From a virus (Duplodnaviria; Caudoviricetes), in the IMG/VR virus record IMGVR_UViG_3300031753_000298, positions 1 through 60,988 of that record: a stretch of 60,988 bases of DNA, one strand, 5' to 3'. Below the pieces are notes generated by a model, which was not told where the DNA came from, ran no database searches, and saw only the letters and a program-made list of their open reading frames with translations. Each line of letters starts with the position of its first letter. The first letter of the stretch is position 1. The translations under genes were made by a program, and so were the position numbers. Below are positions 1 to 7,907 of this stretch, piece by piece.

Positions 1-69
1 GCGTTCGACAAAGGGCAGAACCTTTGCCATTTCGGTTGCGAGTGTAGACTTGTTAACCGCGATATTCAT
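1..69 (-). CDS. N-terminal fragment of a possible DNA polymerase III beta-clamp-like protein (truncated by window)
   Basis: Manual translation MNIAVNKSTLATEMAKVLPFVER, with a GGGAGG Shine-Dalgarno at 80-85 (- strand). Resembles DnaN N-termini (M.i.v.k..l...l..v..vVER). Only 23 aa visible. Confidence 0.4.
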   Translation of the reverse strand, partial: MNIAVNKSTLATEMAKVLPFVER

Positions 70-92
70 AATGAGCGTTCCTCCCTGGTTCG

Positions 93-134
93 CTCCTCAT
101 GCGCCAATGTAGGGACGCACGGACGCATGAGGAG
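93..134. other. 11-bp inverted repeat / RNA hairpin in leader
   Basis: CTCCTCATGCG (93-103) pairs with CGCATGAGGAG (124-134), 20-nt loop, between two small leftward genes. Confidence 0.6.
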
Positions 135-142
135 GGGACTAG

Positions 143-217
143 TCAACCTATAAACAGGTGCGTGTAATACAGCGCGAGAATACAGAACGTAAGAATAGCT
201 ACGAGTGTATGTCTCAT
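143..217 (-). CDS. Small hydrophobic peptide (24 aa)
   Basis: MRHTLVAILTFCILALYYTHLFIG with a GGGAGGG Shine-Dalgarno upstream; below the ORF-track cutoff. Confidence 0.4.
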   Translation of the reverse strand: MRHTLVAILTFCILALYYTHLFIG

Positions 218-291
218 CTTGTTTCCCTCCCGTTTCTAGCTTCCAGCAAGACGCGCGGGGAGATCGTGCGCCTATGCTCGAAGCTAGACCA

Positions 292-1158
292 CTAGGCAGC
301 TTTCAGTTCTGCCATACGCTCCGCCAGGGTCCACAGTGCGCGGTTTAGCTTTACGTCTTGGTCAATTCCCTTTACTTGGCGAGTCGAAACCGCGCGGAGT
401 CTGCGGCCGGCGCCGTCGCGCTGGACACCGTGCAAGCCGCCCTTGATAACGTTTTCCTGGACGCGGTTGAATGTTTTCCAGAGATCAGTGCCGGTGTCCT
501 CAGAACGACGTGGGCGGAGGAGCTGGGCGGCCGTGATGGGAGTAGTAACTTTACCTTCTGAGTCGGCGAACCTGAGCGTGTGCGCAGCTTCGGCGAATGC
601 GGACTGTTCGCCATCGGTGAGCTGCAGACGTGACCATGTTCCGGCGGCTTGCAGCGCTTTCTGTGAGTTTTGAATGATCAGATTCGAGCCGTCGATTACT
701 TCGGCAACAATGTTTCCCTTGTGCATGACACTGAGACTTGCGGTTGTCGAATCGGCGACCATGAGACCGTTCGAGCAGACTAGACGGTACATTCCAGCGA
801 TCAGCTTGTAAGCGCTTGTGCCATCGTGCGAGTTAACCAGTACAACTTCGGGGATGACATCGCCGACAACTAAGTCAGCTCCGATGTCCTGATGTCGGAA
901 GCGAATCATATGCTTTGTGAACTCGGCCTTTCCTTCGATACGTGAGCGAGACTGCGACGCGCTGAACGGTTGAAAGCCAGCCTTAATCATTCCCTCAATT
1001 ACGTTGATTGTTGGAATGTAGGTGTAACGATCGGAGCGGGACTCATGCGCACGGGTTGCCAGCGCGGACGGCGCATATTGCGCTATCTGGTCAATGGTGA
1101 GCGGAGTCTGGCGACGGTTGGCAGGTGTTCCATAGGTGAAGCTGTGAAGGTAAGACAT
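292..1158 (-). CDS. DUF932/DUF945-family protein
   Basis: Characteristic motifs HESRSDRYTYIPT, KHMIRFR, NSHDGTSAYKLIAGMYRLVCSNG, DLWKTFNRVQEN, LNRALW. Confidence 0.85.
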   Translation of the reverse strand: MSYLHSFTYGTPANRRQTPLTIDQIAQYAPSALATRAHESRSDRYTYIPTINVIEGMIKAGFQPFSASQSRSRIEGKAEFTKHMIRFRHQDIGADLVVGDVIPEVVLVNSHDGTSAYKLIAGMYRLVCSNGLMVADSTTASLSVMHKGNIVAEVIDGSNLIIQNSQKALQAAGTWSRLQLTDGEQSAFAEAAHTLRFADSEGKVTTPITAAQLLRPRRSEDTGTDLWKTFNRVQENVIKGGLHGVQRDGAGRRLRAVSTRQVKGIDQDVKLNRALWTLAERMAELKAA

Positions 1159-1326
1159 TGTTGGATTCTCCTTTGCGTGCCGCGTTTAGTTCGGTCACGT
1201 CTTATGACTCATATATCTTGCACGCTTAATTCCAAAGGATTTTCCAACGAGTTAGGGAGTAATTCAGTGAGTTAGAGGAATCAAGAGTGACAATAATTCG
1301 CATGAGAATGGAAATAATTGTCACAC

Positions 1327-1644
1327 TTACTCGCAAGTCTGTGATAGCTCGGCAATTAACGCGCGTGAATAAGTGACACTTTTTCGCCTTAATTTGTCGG
1401 CGATTCTATGATGCTCATTACAAAGAAAATGCACGTTGTATGGTTCGGCATAGTTAGTGTGATGTCCGTCTGCATCTCCTGCGCCGCAGACCTCGCAACG
1501 TTGGCGTACAAGCCAGCCAAACCGCACAGCCCGTGCATATAGATACTGTGCGCGAGAGTATTGCGTGCGTCGCCACATCGCATTCTCTTTGAGGAATACC
1601 GGCCGTAATCTTCGGGTCATCTGTGAATTGCCAGCAATTAACAT
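1327..1644 (-). CDS. Small HNH-like endonuclease
   Basis: CEVCG...DGHHTNYAEPYNVHFLCNEHH pattern typical of small phage HNH proteins; true start may be the internal MWRR. Confidence 0.65.
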   Translation of the reverse strand: MLIAGNSQMTRRLRPVFLKENAMWRRTQYSRAQYLYARAVRFGWLVRQRCEVCGAGDADGHHTNYAEPYNVHFLCNEHHRIADKLRRKSVTYSRALIAELSQTCE

Positions 1645-2198
1645 GCCAGGTTCTGCTTAGGTGCGCGTGTCTCGCGCGTGCCAGGTTCACAGCTCACGTG
1701 AGCACGCAACGTTTGCCAGAAGTTTGTCACGTTTTTCTTACAGAAAACTCGACAGCCCAGATCCGCCGCGCGTCCGTTGACTCTCGGATAACGAAACCGA
1801 TAGTCACAGAAACAAAGGAGTTAGACGCTGCAGCGTCCGGCCGGCCGCCAGGTACATCCGCCCCGCGCGCGCCCCTCCGCTGGCCCTCCTTCTTCCCCTC
1901 CTTCTGGTCCGCTCCGAACCCAGGGGAAGCCCGGTAGACCCCCGGCCTGATTTTGAGCCGAACTTACCTTTGCCCCCAAATTGGAAAAATCACCAGAATG
2001 AATCTAACTCGTGTGTATTCAGCGCGATATAGACCACTGGACCGGTATATTCACCCGGAAGACCATATTTACTCGCGCGGTAAATGTGGCCGTTTCAGTG
2101 AATATGAAAGAGAAGGTGTTCACCCGGCCAGCGTTCACGGTTCGCGAACAGCGAATTTTCCTGAACACGAAACCGGGCGTAACGGAAAGTTTTCCTGG

Positions 2199-2218
2199 GC
2201 GTGTCAAATTGACATATT
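2199..2218 (+). promoter_or_regulatory. Quasi-palindromic operator, copy 1
   Basis: GCGTGTCAAATTGACATATT; core TGTCAA-A-TTGACA, 4 bp upstream of a -35 box. Confidence 0.75.
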
Positions 2219-2222
2219 GCGC

Positions 2223-2251
2223 TTGACTTTCTCGTTAAGTCGCGCGATAAT
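2223..2251 (+). promoter_or_regulatory. Sigma70-type promoter for rightward unit
   Basis: TTGACT (2223-2228), 17 bp spacer, GATAAT (2246-2251); ATG at 2264. Confidence 0.7.
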
Positions 2252-2263
2252 GTGTTCACTCAA

Positions 2264-2569
2264 ATGAAGCGGTCGAGACTCATTGGCTTGTTCGCGGGCG
2301 CCCTACTCGTCTCCTGTGTCTGTGCAGAAGGCCGCCAAGCGGCTCCTCCCCCGCCCTCCCCTCCTCCTCTTCAACACGTCGAGTACATCCTGGTCCCGAC
2401 CTGCGTGGACTCGATCGTGGTGAACACGAAGAAGTGGCATTGCGTGGTAGACAACCCTGACAACCCGACCCAGGTCGTGTGCGACCCGGACTCGATGACG
2501 GTCCTGTTCAAGAAGACGATTAAGATTCGGGATTGCGTTGAGGTCCATATCGTGATGGAGAAGAAATGA
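2264..2569 (+). CDS. Hypothetical exported protein
   Basis: Signal-like N-terminus MKRSRLIGLFAGALLVSC, Pro-rich linker, Cys-containing domain. Confidence 0.6.
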   Translation: MKRSRLIGLFAGALLVSCVCAEGRQAAPPPPSPPPLQHVEYILVPTCVDSIVVNTKKWHCVVDNPDNPTQVVCDPDSMTVLFKKTIKIRDCVEVHIVMEKK

Positions 2570-2769
2570 AGATCACCAAAGTGTCGAGCACTCGGGTGCA
2601 GTTGCTGCTGACTTTACAGCCAGAGAATGAGGCTGAAATTGCGTTGCTCACGCTCGCTTCAGGAGCGTACGGAAGTATTGCAGCACCAATCGAGACCATC
2701 ACTGACAGAGACAACCCCGAAAAAGAAGGAACGTCCGAGTCAGTCATTACGTTGGCGTTACGGAATTAA
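2566..2769 (+). CDS. Hypothetical protein
   Basis: ATGA overlap with the previous gene; GGAG Shine-Dalgarno. Confidence 0.55.
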   Translation: MKITKVSSTRVQLLLTLQPENEAEIALLTLASGAYGSIAAPIETITDRDNPEKEGTSESVITLALRN

Positions 2770-2771
2770 AT

Positions 2772-3083
2772 ATGACCTCCCTCACCGGCCCAAACTGGGG
2801 AACCGATAAACGCCTCTGGCCCGGCCTGATAGCCCGCATCCAGAATTGGGGTAGCTTCCTCTCGAACTACCCGCCGCCCTCACTCACGCTAGAGTTCCTG
2901 GGCTTCCGCCTGAACATTCCGTGGACGCCGGTGTATGTACGTCCGGACTGGAAAGTTCCGTACTGGTCCCCGCGCTACCTCTGCATCCGTTGGCACCTGT
3001 TCCGTTACGACGCGTACGCGCGCGAGTACATCTTCATCAGCGCGATGGCGAAGCGGGTTCCGATCTTTGAGGTGATGCCGTGA
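2772..3083 (+). CDS. Hypothetical protein
   Basis: Tightly packed in the same operon; Trp/Pro-rich. Confidence 0.55.
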   Translation: MTSLTGPNWGTDKRLWPGLIARIQNWGSFLSNYPPPSLTLEFLGFRLNIPWTPVYVRPDWKVPYWSPRYLCIRWHLFRYDAYAREYIFISAMAKRVPIFEVMP

Positions 3084-3360
3084 GCTGGCCAGAAGCAATT
3101 GTGAAGAGCATCGACACGCTCTGTTTAACCGTTATCTTTATCGGAGGCGGCATACTCGCCTGGTGCGTCTTCGTGTTTCTCGTCTCAGGCGGCCCGGAGG
3201 ACTGAATGGAACTCTACCTCATGTCACTCTCCGAAAAACTCATCTTCTGGGGCTGGATCTCGTCCTCGCACGGTCGCTCCCTGGATTGGTATTACTGGCA
3301 GCAAGCCGCACACGAATCACGCAAGCCCGCGAGCCGTAGCTCTGCACAAGAGGAGAAGAA

Positions 3361-3546
3361 ATGAAGATTTGGATAAATCATCGGTTTACTGATCAACCTC
3401 TAAAGCAGATATACAGTCGGGAGTTTCCTGCTCCTCCAGATTCCTTACTCCGAGCCGAGGAGTTGCTTCCTGGATCGATGTTGGACGACGTGCATGTCAC
3501 TGCGGAAGGGGTGCATTTCTATTTCAAGGAAAGAGAATCCGAATGA
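3361..3546 (+). CDS. Hypothetical protein
   Basis: GAGGAG Shine-Dalgarno; part of a run of small coupled ORFs at 3080-3700. Confidence 0.5.
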   Translation: MKIWINHRFTDQPLKQIYSREFPAPPDSLLRAEELLPGSMLDDVHVTAEGVHFYFKERESE

Positions 3547-3836
3547 AAGTCCGAGTGTTCCTGAGCGCTACTGAAGAAGTCGTAATTGACGGGGCCAACT
3601 CTCTCGCCGAAGCAGAAGAGGCCGCTCTACGTGAAGCCCGCAAGAGAGGTGTCGCGGTCTTTGTAGAGGGTTCCGAGATTGAGGAAGAATGATGAAAACG
3701 ATTCTGGAACGTATCGGTCTCGTAATTGTGCCCGCGGTCTTCTTGATCGCGGCCATCTATCTATTTCGCATGCACGCCCCGGTCGCCGGCGGATTTTGTA
3801 TTCTTGCTGCATTCCTTACGGGCAAAAATTGAGACC

Positions 3837-4289
3837 ATGAAAACATTCTCTCTACTCTTCATCCTCCTGTGCAGCCTGCCGGCTCTCGCGCAGACTGAGC
3901 CAACTCCGCCCGCGTTTATTTATGTGTGTCCTCCGCCATCAAAGAAGCCTTGCGTCACTTACTCCGTCTCTGTGCAGAGCACTCCAATCATGAATGGAGA
4001 GCCTCTGCTTGGCCAAACAAATCGGAACAACAGAACAATAAAACTTTACCGTCACCCCGACAACTTCATCTTCGCCGCGACTCTCCTGCATGAGTGCATG
4101 CACGCCGTGCTCTATGAGGGCCACATGATTCATCAGGATGGATGGGATAGCGAGCGGATGTACGCGCACGACTTCATCTACAGGATCGAGCCTGGTCTGA
4201 CCCGATTGATTCAGGATAATCCCGCGCTCATCTCGTTTATAAATGAGGCCCGGAACAAGAGTGGGGCGAGGGCGGACGACCGTGAGTAG
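3837..4289 (+). CDS. Secreted zincin-type metallopeptidase-like protein
   Basis: Signal peptide MKTFSLLFILLCSLPALAQ and HExxH motif (TLLHECMHA). Confidence 0.65.
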   Translation: MKTFSLLFILLCSLPALAQTEPTPPAFIYVCPPPSKKPCVTYSVSVQSTPIMNGEPLLGQTNRNNRTIKLYRHPDNFIFAATLLHECMHAVLYEGHMIHQDGWDSERMYAHDFIYRIEPGLTRLIQDNPALISFINEARNKSGARADDRE

Positions 4290-4791
4290 CAATCCAAAAT
4301 TACGCATTGGTCCTTTGACTATAAGGCAGGCAAATGCACTCATTACAGCTAAACATCGTCATCACAAGTCTGTCACAGGACATCGTTTTAGTCTTGGTTG
4401 TTTTGTTGCTGAGACTCTTGTAGGTGCTGCAGTAACTGGCCGCCCGGTAGCACGAAACGTAGATCCGTATCAAGTTGCAGAAGTGACCCGTTTAGTATCA
4501 GACGGCACTCCTCATGTTTGCTCTATGCTCTATGCAGCTAGTGCTAGGGCAGCGCAAGCGATGGGTTTTCACTGGATACAAACGTACATTTTAGAAAGTG
4601 AAACAGGAAAGTCTTTGGAGGCTGCAGGTTGGTTACCGATTTACTCGACAGGATGGAACTGTGGTTGCAAACAAGGGCAGAAATGCGCAGGCTGTCTAAC
4701 ATCCGGAGGCGATTGGAATCGAAAAACCAGAAAAGACCGTCGCACGGATCAGCCAATGTGCCAGAAACAAAGATGGGGCAAAAGATTGTAA
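4282..4791 (+). CDS. XF1762-family / Mom-like GNAT-fold protein (putative DNA modification)
   Basis: ANALI..HRHH...GHRFSLG, GRPVAR, EVTRL.SDG...CSMLY.A..RAA.AMG...TYILESE.G.SL.AAGW match this family; GTG start at 4282. Confidence 0.7.
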   Translation: MSSNPKLRIGPLTIRQANALITAKHRHHKSVTGHRFSLGCFVAETLVGAAVTGRPVARNVDPYQVAEVTRLVSDGTPHVCSMLYAASARAAQAMGFHWIQTYILESETGKSLEAAGWLPIYSTGWNCGCKQGQKCAGCLTSGGDWNRKTRKDRRTDQPMCQKQRWGKRL

Positions 4792-4816
4792 TTGCAGGTG
4801 ATGTTATTCTCTCCTC

Positions 4817-5515
4817 ATGAAGACTCCTTCCCGTTCGCCCCAGGAAGCCATCCTACAGAACCCGCCCAAGCGAGATCGACCTAAACCGGTCATCTCGAAC
4901 CGCGATCCGGAGACGGGCCGAATCGTGCGCGCGGACGGCACGGTGCGGCGCCCGGTCCCAAAGGATCCCAACGTAGGGGCGTATCCGTTAAGTAAAGCCG
5001 TCTTCAACCAAGAGATCTCGAATCTCGAAAAACTCTTCCCTCTCGACGATCCTGCGGTCGCCCGGCACGTCGCCAAGATAGTGTTCGCGCAGTACCACAA
5101 CTACGAGAAGGCCGCCGCTATGATCCTGCCCAAAGGCTCGGCGCCCTCTCTCGTCGCGACCGCCGCTCACGAATTCCGCACGCACCCGAACGTTCTCGCC
5201 CAGCTCAGCGAGATGGACAAAGAGAACGGCCTGGACGACCGCGCGCGCAAGCATCTCATCGGCCTACTCTGGTCGAACGTGCGCGATCGGGATCCGCGCA
5301 AAGCCGTCGCCGCGCTCCGCATGCTCGCCGAGGCGACCGGGATCATCGGGAACAATCAGCGAGGGGCTGCGGCGCCCGCCGATCTCCCCCTACAGGATCT
5401 CGGGAAGGGTCTCGCGCAGATGGGGTTCGACAAGAAGACGCTCAAGCAGATTCAGGAAACTCCGGCGCAATCTTTCGATGCTACAATGGAGCTGGATGAC
5501 GAGGAGGATGAATGA
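4817..5515 (+). CDS. Putative terminase small subunit
   Basis: Helical protein with HPNVLAQL...KAVAALRMLAEATG pattern, upstream of TerL; acidic tail. Confidence 0.5.
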   Translation: MKTPSRSPQEAILQNPPKRDRPKPVISNRDPETGRIVRADGTVRRPVPKDPNVGAYPLSKAVFNQEISNLEKLFPLDDPAVARHVAKIVFAQYHNYEKAAAMILPKGSAPSLVATAAHEFRTHPNVLAQLSEMDKENGLDDRARKHLIGLLWSNVRDRDPRKAVAALRMLAEATGIIGNNQRGAAAPADLPLQDLGKGLAQMGFDKKTLKQIQETPAQSFDATMELDDEEDE

Positions 5516-5675
5516 ACACAGTGTTAGGTTACGTCCTTATCTGGATCAGCGGTCTCGCTTGCGGCTTTGGGTTCCGCGGTGTCATTGATCGTCTGATTCA
5601 CAGCGCTGAAGCCAAAGTTCAAGCTGAAAAAGCTGCGTTGATTCAGGCTGCACAGCAAGTGGAGAAGAAACTCTA

Positions 5676-6038
5676 ATGGGAGGCTTCGCAGGTATCCTCG
5701 GCGGCGTCGGCAAGGCTCTCGCGAGTCCGATGGCGCAGAAGCTCGGCCAGGCCGCCGGCAAGGTAGGCACCCAACTCTCTCCGGGACTTCAGCCTGCACA
5801 GTCGAACGACATGGCGATGCAGGGACCGCAGAATACGATGGGTCCGACTCAATCTTCCTCTCCTGTGCAGGGCTTAGGCCAAGGTCTCGCGAATATCCGG
5901 CAGGCTCTCGCGCTACGCCAATCTCGTCTGAACCCGACCTCGATCGGAGCGCCCCAGAATTTAGGGATCGGGAGCGGTAACGGAATCCCTAACCCGTCTC
6001 AGGGTTACGGCCCGGAGTCAGTAAGAGTAGGACCGTGA
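5676..6038 (+). CDS. Gly/Gln/Pro-rich disordered protein
   Basis: MGGFAGILGGVGKAL amphipathic N-terminus, low complexity. Confidence 0.55.
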   Translation: MGGFAGILGGVGKALASPMAQKLGQAAGKVGTQLSPGLQPAQSNDMAMQGPQNTMGPTQSSSPVQGLGQGLANIRQALALRQSRLNPTSIGAPQNLGIGSGNGIPNPSQGYGPESVRVGP

Positions 6039-6274
6039 TGCCCGGAATTTCGCAGGGCGGAGGATCGAGCACGGATCAATTCCCCAAGCCTCTTCGCCGA
6101 ACCAAAACTGACGAGTTCGAAAACTGGCAAAACAGCTCACTGGGTTCTTACCCTCACTCCGGTCAGGGCGGACTGAGCGGAATCACGCCGGCCGTTCTGC
6201 AAGCCAAGCTCCGCGCTCAGCAAGCATCATCTCCTGTGCAGAAGACCGGCTTGAACGGAATTCGTGTACAATAA
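6035..6274 (+). CDS. Hypothetical low-complexity protein
   Basis: Coupled to the previous ORF (GTGA overlap). Confidence 0.5.
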   Translation: MMPGISQGGGSSTDQFPKPLRRTKTDEFENWQNSSLGSYPHSGQGGLSGITPAVLQAKLRAQQASSPVQKTGLNGIRVQ

Positions 6275-6291
6275 TTCTTGCGAGGTAAAGT

Positions 6292-6495
6292 ATGGCGTTC
6301 AGTCCAGATGCAAGTCCGGCGTTCCAAGCGTATCTGAAGGGTCGCGCGAAGTTCGCGGACGGTGATCAGTTCGAATACGATCTGTTCTTTATCAAGTATT
6401 GTTGCCAGCAAGCGGATTTGGCCGCGGCCGTGACTGCCGCAACCGCTGTGACTAGCGCTCAGACCTCGACGACGAGCAAAAAGCATCAGTTTTAG
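6292..6495 (+). CDS. Small protein, paralog 1 of 3
   Basis: MAFSPD...QAY..GR....G....YD..F, ends KHQF; GAGG Shine-Dalgarno. Confidence 0.7.
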   Translation: MAFSPDASPAFQAYLKGRAKFADGDQFEYDLFFIKYCCQQADLAAAVTAATAVTSAQTSTTSKKHQF

Positions 6496-6521
6496 TGGTA
6501 GAATGAAATAGGAGATTCGTT

Positions 6522-6767
6522 ATGTCGTTCACGCCAGATACTGACAACGCTTGGCAGGCTTATGTGTTCGCGCGCAATTTGATTAAGGGCGCGGATCTGG
6601 CGGTTTGGGACGCGACGTTCTCGCAGTACTTCTGCTTCCAGGTGACCAGCGCCGCGACGCTCGTTGCGAACTCAGGGTCGCCGGCGGCTTCGAACCCGAA
6701 CGGATCGATTGCGACAGCGATCGCGGCCGCGAATCTAGCGGTGAAGCAGTTGAGCCGAAATTTCTAA
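6522..6767 (+). CDS. Small protein, paralog 2 of 3
   Basis: MSFTPDT...QAY.FAR..I.G..LA.WDA.F.Q, ends SRNF; AGGAG Shine-Dalgarno. Confidence 0.75.
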   Translation: MSFTPDTDNAWQAYVFARNLIKGADLAVWDATFSQYFCFQVTSAATLVANSGSPAASNPNGSIATAIAAANLAVKQLSRNF

Positions 6768-6776
6768 GGAGTCTTT

Positions 6777-7022
6777 ATGAGCTTTACACCCGACACGAAT
6801 CTGGATTATCAAGCGTATCTTTTCGCGCGCGGCAAGATCAGCGGCGAGAACCTGGCGAACTGGGATGCTGCGTTTGCTCAGGCTGTGGCGTTGTCTGCTT
6901 CGAGCGCGTCTACCTTGATCGCCACGACTGGATCCGCTAGCGCACCTACGGCCGGCAATCCGGGGATGGTGCTCTGGATCGGACAGGCTAACGCGTCGAT
7001 TCTGCAGAACAGGAACTTCTAA
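6777..7022 (+). CDS. Small protein, paralog 3 of 3
   Basis: MSFTPDT...QAY.FAR..I.G..LA.WDA.F.Q, ends NRNF; AAGGAG Shine-Dalgarno. Confidence 0.75.
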   Translation: MSFTPDTNLDYQAYLFARGKISGENLANWDAAFAQAVALSASSASTLIATTGSASAPTAGNPGMVLWIGQANASILQNRNF

Positions 7023-7318
7023 TGGCCGGCATGTTTGAACAGATGGCGCAGCCCGGTGCCCCGATGAAGAACTCGATGACGCCGAAGCCCCGCGGCCCAG
7101 TGATCGGCCCGCCCAAGGTGAAGATGCCGTCAACCAACACGGTCGGACAGCCGCAGGTTCGGGCGTCGAGCGATATGTTTCGGTCGAGTCTAGGTCCCAA
7201 GCTCAAGCCTCTTCCGACGAATCCTATGCAGCCGACCCAAGGGCACACTTCATTGCTTCAGTCGTCGGGCGGTAAAAATGGTTTTGATGGGTTAAGACCT
7301 AAAGGACCACGCGTTTAA
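7022..7318 (+). CDS. Basic Pro/Met-rich disordered protein
   Basis: TAATG stop/start overlap with paralog 3. Confidence 0.55.
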   Translation: MAGMFEQMAQPGAPMKNSMTPKPRGPVIGPPKVKMPSTNTVGQPQVRASSDMFRSSLGPKLKPLPTNPMQPTQGHTSLLQSSGGKNGFDGLRPKGPRV

Positions 7319-7355
7319 TTCGCTGTAAATACGTGGTATAATTGCCTTTCCACGT

Positions 7356-7907
7356 ATGAAACAAACTCATTGCCTCCGTGGTCACTTACGTTCTCCAGAT
7401 AATCTTACTTCTGTAGGCCAATGCAAAATTTGCCATACAATACAGGGAAGACAACGGCATTTTGCGAAACGTGATCAGATCCTTGCAGCCGCACGTAAGC
7501 GATATTGGGACAATCCTCAAAAGCACCGGGAAGCCTCGCGACAATGGGCTAAGGATAATCCGAACAAAGCGACAGCCATTCATCGGACATGGCGCTGGTC
7601 GAACCGTTCACTGTGTCTTTTGTCAGCGACTCGTAGACGCGCTCGAAATACAAATACTCCTTTCAATTTAACTCTGGAGGACATTTTTATTCCAGATGTG
7701 TGCCCGATTCTTGGAATTCCTCTTTTCTTTACTCCTCGGAAAGTAACGAATAACACGCCATCTTTGGATAAGATTATTCCGAACCTTGGCTACGTCAAAG
7801 GCAACGTTGCCGTAATCAGCATGAAAGCGAATGGTCTCAAAAACAACGCGAGTCTGAAAGAGTTCAAATCCTTAATTCAATATTTGGAGACTCACGGTGT
7901 TCAGTAA
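7356..7907 (+). CDS. Free-standing HNH-type homing endonuclease
   Basis: HCLRGH...CKIC N-terminus; CPILGIPL...PSLDKIIPNLGYVKGNVAVISMKAN core; preceded by extended -10 TGGTATAAT. Confidence 0.8.
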   Translation: MKQTHCLRGHLRSPDNLTSVGQCKICHTIQGRQRHFAKRDQILAAARKRYWDNPQKHREASRQWAKDNPNKATAIHRTWRWSNRSLCLLSATRRRARNTNTPFNLTLEDIFIPDVCPILGIPLFFTPRKVTNNTPSLDKIIPNLGYVKGNVAVISMKANGLKNNASLKEFKSLIQYLETHGVQ

